Positions 38,105 through 50,813 of a DNA stretch of 64,000 nt are shown in pieces. The notes beneath the pieces were generated by a model. It was not told the DNA's origin. It saw nothing but the letters and a program-made list of their open reading frames with translations, and searched no databases. The number at the start of each line of letters is the position of its first letter. Position 1 is the first letter of the stretch. Position numbers and translations under genes: made by a program. The stretch comes from Bugula neritina (Eukaryota; Animalia; Bryozoa). Location of the stretch: the NCBI GenBank assembly GCA_964035545.1, contig OZ037766.1, positions 22,680,767 through 22,744,766 on the forward strand. Reading direction: 5' to 3'.

Positions 38105-41100
38105 CACGCCAATCCCATCCGGGATAGGACTCGAAGAGGAGAAGAAGAGACCTCCACAGGGTCTGCCGATACCGAGTGGCAGAGGCCACGGAGACCTCGG
38201 AGACCGCAAGGTCTACCCGATCCTCCGGCCGTGTCACTCGAGACCCGGATGCAGCTAGAAGAAGCAGGATGGCAGGCACCTCGGAGATCTCGGAGACCGC
38301 AAGGTCTACCCGATCCTCCGGCCTGGCCACTCCAGAACCGGTTCGCGGGGTTGCCCGAGGAGGTTGTGGAGGAGGATTCAGCTTACTCGCAAGAGTACCC
38401 CAAGCTACCCTCCCGACCTCAGAAAACCCCCGTTGTCTCTAAGACAAAGAGGAGGCCCGCTGTGCGGACCCAAGTTGTGTCTCCCCCAGAGACTGACCGC
38501 TCCAGGAGCGCCCAGCCGTATGGAAGCAGCTACTTTCTGCCCGGAAAGATTTCGGGTAAAGCTGCCACATTCCTACTGGATACTGGGTGCACTACCAACC
38601 TGCTGAGTAGGCGTCTCTTTGACACTCTTGGTGCACGAGAGCGGGCGAGCCTCGAGCCGTATGAAGGTGCGCATGGTACGTTGGCGGACGGATCATGCAT
38701 TCCTTTCTACGGCGTCATTTCACTACCTGGACGCGTCCGTGATCAAGCAATTCACGAGACGTTCATAGTCAGCCAGCTGAAGGAGGACGCCATCCTGGGA
38801 ATGCCGTTTCTGGAGAAACACCAGTGTCACATGGATTTCCAGAAGTCAGTGGTGGTGATGGCTGGGAAGGAGCTTGTCTGCGTCGACAAGTTTGGAAGGC
38901 CCTTGGTGGGCGGAGTCCAGGTAGTGCGGGACTGCACGGTTCCGGGAAGATCCCAGGCGACTCTTCGCTGCAGAGTCAACTGCAAGGGGATCGCCGGCCT
39001 GGGGGTGGTTGAGGGAACGCACGGAGCGATCCGACTAGCAAACAGCCTGAATCGGCTAGATTGTCGGCAGGAGCTCCTCGTGCAGTGCATCAACCCCTTC
39101 ACGGAACCTGTCCGATTATCGGCTGGAGCGCTGGTGGGGAAGTACCACTCCATCCAGGAAGCGGATGTGGGTCCGGCACTGGAGACAGTGGCCGACACCC
39201 AGGGGAACCCCCCTCACACCAGACGAGGAGCAGTCCCGGAGCATATGGCTGACCTGTATGATGGGGCGTGTGGAAACTGTACAAGTAGTACTGAACGCCA
39301 AGTACTGGCTCAACTACTTGCGGAGTACAGTGATGTCTTCAGTCGTGGAGATAGAGACATGGGGCTGACCAAGGTCATCTCCCACGAGATACCCCTGGCA
39401 GCCGGCACCACTCCCATCAGGCAGCCTACCCGGCGTCTAGGCCCGGAGAAGGAGAAGGAGGTGAGCCGACAGGTACAGGATCTTCTCGACCGGGATCTGA
39501 TTGAGCCTGCCCACGGTGCGTGGAGCTCTCCAGTAGTCCTGGTCAAGAAGAAAGATGGTAGCTGGAGGTTCTGTGTGGACTACCGCAGACTCAACAGCGT
39601 TACCATCCAAGACGCCTACCCTCTCCCACGGATAGATGAGTCTCTGGATGCCCTCGCGGGTAGCAAGTACTTCAGTACTTTGGATCTGCTTAGCGGGTAC
39701 TGGCAAGTGCCTCTCAGTCCTGATGCCCAGGACAAAGCAGCATTCATTACTCGCGACGGGCTCTGGAAGTGGAAAGTACTGCCATTTGGACTAACGTCCG
39801 CCCCGGCAACTTTCCAACGGCTCATGGAGCAGGTCCTCAGTGGATTACACTGGAAGACCCTCCTCATCTATCTGGACGACGTCATTGTCATCTCGCCAGA
39901 CTTTTCGACTCATGTCAGTCGTCTGCGGGAGGTCTTTGACCGCCTCCGGGCAGCTGGACTCAAGCTGAAGCCCTCCAAGTGTGCACTCTTGCAGCCGGAA
40001 GTCACGTACCTGGGCCATGTGGTGGGCCGTGATGGGGTCGCTACCGACCCAGAGAAGGTACAGGCTGTGAAGCAGTGGACTGTCCCCCGTGACCTCCCTG
40101 AGTTGCGCGCATTCTTGGGCCTAGTAGGGTACTACCGGCAGTACATACCTGGCTTCGCAGGAGTGGCTCAGCCGTTAAATCGGCTGACCGCAAAAGGGGT
40201 CCGGTGGCAGTGGACGCAGGAGGAGCAGCAGGCATTCGACCACCTCAAGCAACGGCTAATGGAGGCGCCAATTCTGGCGTATCCTGATCCAGCCAAGGAG
40301 TACATCCTGGACACCGACGCCAGTGACCACAGCGTGGGAGCTGTCCTGTCTCAAGTCCAGGGTGGAAGTGAGGTGGTCGTGGCTTACTACAGCAAGACTC
40401 TCGCGGCCGCCGAGAAGAACTACTGCACCACTAGGAAGGAACTCCTAGCAGTAGTCAAGGCGGTCAAGCACTTTCGGCCATATCTGTATGGGAGAACGTT
40501 CCGTTTGCGAACAGACCATGCATCACTGATATGGCTGTGTAAACGTGCGGAGCCCTCGAGCCAGGTAGCTCGTTGGCTAGAGATTCTTGCCGAGTTCTCT
40601 TACCGGATAGAACACCGTGCTGGCCGGAAGCACGGAAACGCCGACGGCATGAGCCGCCGGCCGGTAGAGGACTGTAAGCAATGCCTGCACATTGAAAAAC
40701 GGGACGGGGGACCCGCTCGCCTTGACGTGGAAACAGAGTTAGGGGAGGGCGCCGTCTATCGGTGGGAGCACGGCCATCTTCGGACCGAAACCCACTCAGA
40801 CGACGTCCAGGCGCTTCACGCCAACCCCACTCTGTACCAGAATGTCAAGGAGCTGTGCCGACTCCAGGAGACGCTACCCGGCCCGGTAGCGGACATTTTC
40901 CGGGCCAAGAAGGAGGGCCGACGACCTAGCGAGGAACAGCAGCGGCAGGGAGACGTTGAGTTCCAACTCCTCTGTCGTCGCTGGGATGCCCTCAAGGTCA
41001 GTCCTGATGGCCTCCTGATGATAACGTTAGCAGCAGACAACCGTCAGCAGGAGAGGGACCGCGTCGTCTGTCCACGCGCCCTCCGACGGGAACTGATCTG

Positions 41101-44017
41101 GGACACCCATAAGCAGGCTCATTCTGGAGTCAGTCGGGTCATCAGGTGTCTGCGGCTGCGTTGGTATTGGCCCGGAATGACTCGGGACGTACGACTGCGG
41201 GTACGGCAATGCGAGGTCTGCCAAGCTAGCAAGCATGGCCGCCCCACGGAAACCACTGGTCGACGCCGGCTGTACGCTGGTCGACCGTGGCAAGTAGTGG
41301 CGGTAGACCTTGTCGGGCCTATGCCGTTATCCGCCAGAGGGAACACCTGGATACTGGTGCTCACGGACCACTTTACCCGGTGGGCGGATGCTCTGGCTAT
41401 CCCAGACGCAACTGCCCCCACGGTGGCCCGGACCCTGGACCAACATGTGTTCTGTTACCTCGGTTTGCCCGAGCAGATACATACGGACCAGGGCGCCCAG
41501 TTCCAGTCCCAGCTCATGGGAGACCTCTGCCGGATATGGGGGGTGAACCAGAGTCGGACCACCCCATATCACCCACAAGGGAACGGAGTCGTCGAGCGGA
41601 ACAACAGGATGTTGGGTGACGCCCTCAGGAGCCTGCTCCTTGGTCGAGGTCAGGAAGAATGGGACGTGGTGCTGCCACAAATCATGCGGGCTTACCGCAG
41701 CACACCACACTCCACCACACAGGAGACCCCAAACTTCCTGATGCTAGGCCGGGAAACGCGGGTTCCGGAACACCTGACATACCACGTTCCCGCCCCCGAA
41801 TCGCCGGTACATGAGTACGTCGAAAGACTGACAGAGATCATGGGTAAAGCCCATGATGCACTGCGGGCCCAGCAGTGGCAGATCCGCACAGAGGACTCAG
41901 AAGAGCCCCCATTGTATCAGGTGGGAGACTGGGTCTGGATGGTGAGCTATCGTAGGCGACGCGGACAGTCGGCTAAACTTCAGCCCAAGTTCGTGGGTCC
42001 CTACTGCGTGGTGGAGGTGCTGGCCAACCACACATACCGTGTGGAGCGCTCTGGACAGGTCTCAGTCCAGAGCGAACAGCGCCTGAAACCATACCATGCC
42101 AGCCCAGACGCGGTGGGTCAGGCTCCACCCCTCCTGGAGCCCAACCGCCAGCCTAACCAGCGGGGGAGAGCCACCCGGCCCCGGGAGGTGGAAATTGTCA
42201 TCCGAAGGGAGGCAGAGCAGGAGCAGGCTGCCCTACGAGAACAGTTGGAACAACAACAGAGGCAGGAGCAGCAGCAGCAACACGCCCCAGAGCCACCACC
42301 CCTCTGGGGGGAGGACACCCCCACCCGTATTACGGGTGAAGGCGGGGACCCCCCTACGGTGGCAACTGAGGAGCAACTGGCACCACCAGCACCCACACCG
42401 CTGGAAAGGAGCCAGCGAGCGAGGAAACCACCCAGATATCTGGCAGACTATCACATAGGACACCTAGGGTTGCCCCCCCCAAGTGGGAATCCATCTGTCC
42501 AGGGCCATTACTCCTCCTTAGTTAGTAAATTCTTCCAACCTCCTGGAGAATCACTACAAAAAGGAACAGTTGCAAACCGAAATTCGGAGGGCACGCGATT
42601 GTCTGAGTTGTCCCTTCAAAACTCGATGGGAATTCCCCACGATCGCGTAGCAGGTAAAAATATTGAAACACGAGGCTCGGCCATTTGCACTACTACTAAC
42701 CCACTAGTAACACGCAATTTTAAAGCTGAAACTTGTAATCGAATTAATCACGAATTGGATATGGGTATTACTCTTCCCGGTAACAACACTACAAACACAG
42801 GTATTTCATTAGAGTCAGAGCCTCCCGTACCGGAGTCTGACTCAACTGTAATTAATTGGGCTAGTTTAGATTTGTTAGAATCTAATTTATTAACGGAGGA
42901 AGTCGATGTGAGTTTTGGAGAAGACTCTCTAAATGAGTTTTTATTAGACCAGGACATAGGGTCAGTCACTCTCCATGACTCACCTCGGCTCCCTACCACC
43001 CACAAAGTACCCTATAAGGCGATGCCGAATTTCGGCGACGGCGAGACCGGCCTTACTCGGCCTCTGCTGTCTATTGTAGACACTGCAATGGAGTGTGATG
43101 AGGTGGAGGTCAGTCGAGTCGACTCCCCCCCTCCACCAGCCCCCGTGACGGCTCCTTGCAGCCCGCGGGTCGCCACAGACCGGACTGAGGTGCTATCCAC
43201 CATGAATAGTGACCCTGTCGCCAACCCAGTTGAGCTACAATTAGCCGCCGGGGAGGAACAGGGAATACTATGCGGTGTGCCCTCCTCTACTCGAGCTGAA
43301 GACGGTGACACCCCCACCTTGGCTCTACCCCAGGCACTGGTCGCCCGCCAGTCCTGGGTCTCTCGCGACACTAATCAGAAGATTAGTGAAGCATGCGGGG
43401 CAGCGGGCAACCGCATCTGCCGGCAATGTCGGAGGAAATTCTCCTCCTCCCGGCGGTTGCGTGTTCACGCCCCACAACATTTCATCAACGTATTCTGCCC
43501 TTGCGGCGAATACTCCTACCAGCGGGATTATGTGCTGCGCCACCAGCGCATCTCGCGCTGCCACCCAGGTCACGTGTTCACCGTGGATCAGGCCACATTT
43601 CCGGAGTTCCGGGACCTCATCCTGCCGCACGTCGCGGACCCCCACAAGCGTGCCACCCTCGGCCAAGGGTTTCCGGCGTGCAGAGCAATTCAAGAAGAAG
43701 ACGGAGAACCCGCCGCCGCCCTCCAACCAGCAGCCACCCAGCCTCTTCGGGTCATGCTGACAAGGGTCGGGGATGGTGCCAGACCCGGTACATCGGACCT
43801 GGACCCCCGCTCCTCGGCGGCAAGCAGACACCACCCAGAGCACAGACAACACCCGGAGCGCAACACACTCCGCTCCCGACCGCAACTAGAAGAGGAGGTG
43901 CGCCACTTACGGCGCCGCGTGGCACGGTGTGAGGAAGATCTGACACAATTGCGACGACGACTGATCCGGCTGGAACGACGTCAGACCGACAACGACGATG
44001 GGACATGGAGGGAGTGA
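38060..44017 (+). CDS. pol: Pol polyprotein (PR-RT-RNase H-integrase) with ~520-aa C-terminal accessory extension
   Basis: Protease LLDTGC; RT YLDD; RNase H DTDAS/ELLAVV/TDH; integrase H-H-CxxC (HKQAH, CEVC), D-D-E (VDLVG, TDQG, VERNN) and GPY. After RSQRARKPPRYLADY the frame stays open through zinc fingers and a coiled coil. The ORF track starts at 38231, but the frame is open from the slippery site. Confidence 0.95.
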   Translation, partial: FKHPRLTVTSANRGPHANPIRDRTRRGEEETSTGSADTEWQRPRRPRRPQGLPDPPAVSLETRMQLEEAGWQAPRRSRRPQGLPDPPAWPLQNRFAGLPEEVVEEDSAYSQEYPKLPSRPQKTPVVSKTKRRPAVRTQVVSPPETDRSRSAQPYGSSYFLPGKISGKAATFLLDTGCTTNLLSRRLFDTLGARERASLEPYEGAHGTLADGSCIPFYGVISLPGRVRDQAIHETFIVSQLKEDAILGMPFLEKHQCHMDFQKSVVVMAGKELVCVDKFGRPLVGGVQVVRDCTVPGRSQATLRCRVNCKGIAGLGVVEGTHGAIRLANSLNRLDCRQELLVQCINPFTEPVRLSAGALVGKYHSIQEADVGPALETVADTQGNPPHTRRGAVPEHMADLYDGACGNCTSSTERQVLAQLLAEYSDVFSRGDRDMGLTKVISHEIPLAAGTTPIRQPTRRLGPEKEKEVSRQVQDLLDRDLIEPAHGAWSSPVVLVKKKDGSWRFCVDYRRLNSVTIQDAYPLPRIDESLDALAGSKYFSTLDLLSGYWQVPLSPDAQDKAAFITRDGLWKWKVLPFGLTSAPATFQRLMEQVLSGLHWKTLLIYLDDVIVISPDFSTHVSRLREVFDRLRAAGLKLKPSKCALLQPEVTYLGHVVGRDGVATDPEKVQAVKQWTVPRDLPELRAFLGLVGYYRQYIPGFAGVAQPLNRLTAKGVRWQWTQEEQQAFDHLKQRLMEAPILAYPDPAKEYILDTDASDHSVGAVLSQVQGGSEVVVAYYSKTLAAAEKNYCTTRKELLAVVKAVKHFRPYLYGRTFRLRTDHASLIWLCKRAEPSSQVARWLEILAEFSYRIEHRAGRKHGNADGMSRRPVEDCKQCLHIEKRDGGPARLDVETELGEGAVYRWEHGHLRTETHSDDVQALHANPTLYQNVKELCRLQETLPGPVADIFRAKKEGRRPSEEQQRQGDVEFQLLCRRWDALKVSPDGLLMITLAADNRQQERDRVVCPRALRRELIWDTHKQAHSGVSRVIRCLRLRWYWPGMTRDVRLRVRQCEVCQASKHGRPTETTGRRRLYAGRPWQVVAVDLVGPMPLSARGNTWILVLTDHFTRWADALAIPDATAPTVARTLDQHVFCYLGLPEQIHTDQGAQFQSQLMGDLCRIWGVNQSRTTPYHPQGNGVVERNNRMLGDALRSLLLGRGQEEWDVVLPQIMRAYRSTPHSTTQETPNFLMLGRETRVPEHLTYHVPAPESPVHEYVERLTEIMGKAHDALRAQQWQIRTEDSEEPPLYQVGDWVWMVSYRRRRGQSAKLQPKFVGPYCVVEVLANHTYRVERSGQVSVQSEQRLKPYHASPDAVGQAPPLLEPNRQPNQRGRATRPREVEIVIRREAEQEQAALREQLEQQQRQEQQQQHAPEPPPLWGEDTPTRITGEGGDPPTVATEEQLAPPAPTPLERSQRARKPPRYLADYHIGHLGLPPPSGNPSVQGHYSSLVSKFFQPPGESLQKGTVANRNSEGTRLSELSLQNSMGIPHDRVAGKNIETRGSAICTTTNPLVTRNFKAETCNRINHELDMGITLPGNNTTNTGISLESEPPVPESDSTVINWASLDLLESNLLTEEVDVSFGEDSLNEFLLDQDIGSVTLHDSPRLPTTHKVPYKAMPNFGDGETGLTRPLLSIVDTAMECDEVEVSRVDSPPPPAPVTAPCSPRVATDRTEVLSTMNSDPVANPVELQLAAGEEQGILCGVPSSTRAEDGDTPTLALPQALVARQSWVSRDTNQKISEACGAAGNRICRQCRRKFSSSRRLRVHAPQHFINVFCPCGEYSYQRDYVLRHQRISRCHPGHVFTVDQATFPEFRDLILPHVADPHKRATLGQGFPACRAIQEEDGEPAAALQPAATQPLRVMLTRVGDGARPGTSDLDPRSSAASRHHPEHRQHPERNTLRSRPQLEEEVRHLRRRVARCEEDLTQLRRRLIRLERRQTDNDDGTWRE

Positions 44018-44226
44018 GACCCGCCTCTCCCTGACTGGTGGCATGACAATTCTCTGTTATACATATTCGTTGTCCCTTATACTATGTACTTGGTGTTTTG
44101 TTTTGTTTTGTTTCTTTGTTCTCTCTCTTCTGTTTCTTTTTTTTGTTTTGTTTATTGTCTGTCTCATTGTTATTATGTTATTATTCGCCCTCGTATCGGA
44201 AAGCATGCTTTCCGATAGGGGGTGTG

Positions 44227-44575
44227 TGTGATAGATTATGCCTTGGTTTGTTCTTTTGTTCAATAATGTTAATTGGGGTCCGAAATTCGGAGTTCCGAGT
44301 TTCGGCTTGACCGAAGATCGGTTCCCCCGATCTTCGGGCCTGCCGAATTTCGGAGCTACCGAACTTCGGGCCACACACACAAAAGATTCTTTGTTTTATG
44401 TTCTTTTGTTCGCTGTATATAAAAGCAGGCGAGTTACGGTGTTAAGCCAGTCTACTACTGGAGCTCGCCTAGACAAGTTGACATTATTTTTATACTATAA
44501 TAAACATTTGGAACTCTATTACTTCAACCTATCTTGTTCTGCACTAAGTTACATTCAACCCACAAGTTTATCACA
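44227..44575 (+). repeat. 3' LTR of element B
   Basis: Direct repeat of 36784-37132; preceded by AGGGGGTGTG. Confidence 0.96.
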
Positions 44576-46095
44576 ATATCAATTTGTGCGATGTTATTCA
44601 CCAGACATCTAAGCAAGAAAGCAAAGAGCTTATCATCTCATCTTTTTTTACTTTGCCAAGTTTTTTAGCAGCGCCCATTTCCTACTCCTCTTTAGTAAAA
44701 TTAGATCCAAATATTTTCCATGATAAACTTGTGAAATGGGCTAAGAAAGGTTACAGTGCAGACTTCCTTAATGATGGTAAACCGTAAATGTTCTAAACTC
44801 TAAACTCTAGAGCTTTAATGCTAATTCAAGTATGCCTCAAAGCTCAGTTTTTAGGGCCTATTTTTTACTTTTTATAAATGGCAGGCTTTTTTGTGTGAAT
44901 GATTCCATCTGCGGATTATATTATGTCAATGACATCTTGTTTAGCATAAATGTCACAGTTAATGTCAGAAATTGCTTGACCACACACAATAAAGCTAAAC
45001 AGCACCAAATGAACGGCCTATAAAATAGCGCATGATCTTTAATCCAACTTAATGTGCACATATGAAAATAGGACAAACCATTTCAATTTTCACTCTATTT
45101 TATCAACAACCCTGCAATACTACTTGTCTTAAATAGAAATAGTTTTTAACAGTGGAGAAACTTAATAAACAGTGTCAATGTGCTAGGCTAATAAATAATC
45201 ACATGTAATGGCAAGTTCAACGACCACAATCTACAACAGCTTACAATGCAGTTGCTGTGTCTAGTCAGGGAATATAACATTATACAGCCAGTCCTGCTTT
45301 CATATATAACCAATAGTTAATAACTAAGCTGAAATTAGTTCAATGTTGAATGAAGCGTTGGTGTTATAGAAGTTTTACGCAGCATCACAATGTAGCTAGA
45401 TGTTGCATTTTTTAGAGCGCTGAGATTGCTTCTAACAATATTGATTTAATTAAGTGACTATGTGTTAGTTTTAATCATTATATTTTGCTTGAAATAGTAT
45501 GATTGCCCTACATGGTAAACTAGATCAACTTTAATTTTCTTTGTATATTTATACAAAAGGTCTTAGATCAGTAACATACTACGCTTGATGCAATATAAAA
45601 ACTATATATCTTTGTGTTAATAGTTACAGTACCTGACTAATGATAATATATTTGAGACTTTACTACTCACTTACTCATTTAGTTATTGCTGCACTAAAAA
45701 TTGTACTTGCTGCACTAATAATATCATATTTTGCATTGGTAACCTTTATCCAATAAACGTTCTTGTATAATTATAATATTGATAAGCGGTCTTATAATTT
45801 AATTAAATTTTTAATGATAATGTAATCTGTTATGTGTCCAAGGTGAATGATACTAAATTGACATTGAATCACTATGGCACTGCCAACATTTTATTGATTA
45901 ACTTGCGGTTTAGCTGTTAGACATACTAATAAATGGGTAGCGGTTTCAGATTTAACATTAATTATCATTTATTTTTATAAAATAGTATACAGACTTATAC
46001 TTTTAATGTATACATTGGTGGCTGTTGATAAAACCGAGACTTCAAGTCTTCAAATTGATTTTGTTACTGCTCTACTACCTTCACCTTGCTCATAA

Positions 46096-49586
<3,491 letters not shown>

Positions 49587-50813
49587 TTTCACCTGTTGCT
49601 ATAAAAGAATACTTAGATTTGTATTTAGCCTTAAATTAATGAGATATATTTTAGTTAAACCAACTGTCAGTTAACTGTTTTCGATATGCTGTGTTTGCAT
49701 TGAGCAAGCAACTCTAAAGCTGTTTGAATTAAGATTGTCTTTTATAAATTTGTGCATTGATTTAGATAAAAACAACTATTGTGCATATTGTTTGATTTAA
49801 AAAAATTTTCTGCAAGTGTTTTGCTCCAAAAATAATATACTCGTAAAGATTTTGTAGGTAAGAATGGATGTGTTAGCAAGTTTACGTACACTTACTGTAG
49901 TTAAACTCTGTTTGGTCTGTGATTCTCTAATGGTACTGTCACTACTATTATATATTTATCATATTTAATGCTGATTACAAGACTCAAGACTGTCATATTA
50001 TATTTATGAAAACTTTTCGTTTGTAGAAGCAAGACATGAATTATTATATTTTTGTACCGTTGTATTGAGCTTATTACTGCAAGTTATAGTTATATCATAA
50101 TATAGTACTAATTGTAGACAGAATTAGCTGGTCATGGGCTATGTATGCATAGGTCATGTGCATTATCCATCCTTGTAGCATGATGTTTATTTAAAAAAGC
50201 TAAATAATTAATACTATAAGTTCTGAAGTAGTAATACAAAATTACTTAAAATCTGCATTATAAATGATTTATGAATTTATTTACTTTTAGTTTACCTACA
50301 TTTGATAATGGCACCAATCTATAAAATAATTTATTTAAAAACAATTGAAGGTATTTGTTTCCAACACAAATTATAATAATTATATTGAAAGATACTATAA
50401 TTGCTTGTTAATGCAGTGCACTAAATATCTTTTACAAAGTATAGTTACCATTTTACAGCTTACAAACCCTAGCTAGGTAAAGAAATTGATTTTTGCTTAT
50501 ACCATGCCAAGTTGTATTCTCTTCTTTTACCCCGTCAGACACCTGTTAGCGCACAATGTTGGCCATTGGGTGGAACTTAAAAATGTATAACGCAGTTGAT
50601 TGGTACTGCTTCGATGATGTCACAATTTTCTTCCACGCCTATGTTGGCAACTCGTACGAATCGGGATTGGTTAGTAAAGTTGTGGAGTTGGTAGTACTAG
50701 TAGTGCACCAGCCAAATTAATAACTTGGCGCTTTAGATCTCCCATTCATAGCTGATACTTGCCTCTTTTTTAAAAGTAACTCAAGCTCACTTGAGACGCT
50801 ATCAGTATACAAA

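Larger units (their letters stand above)
36784..44575 (+). mobile_element. Full-length, apparently intact Ty3/Gypsy LTR retrotransposon 'B'
   Basis: 349-bp LTRs at 36784-37132 and 44227-44575 (TGTGATA...TATCACA, one visible mismatch). ATAT TSD at 36780-36783 and 44576-44579. PBS, gag, uninterrupted pol in PR-RT-RH-IN order, PPT-like tract. Confidence 0.98.

Noticed and set aside
37128-44006. Many overlapping or antisense ORFs within the retrotransposons
   Set aside because: Expected shadows of GC-rich coding DNA.
42450-44017. env gene or chromodomain
   Set aside because: No signal peptide, TM helix or chromodomain pattern; the region is zinc finger plus coiled coil.
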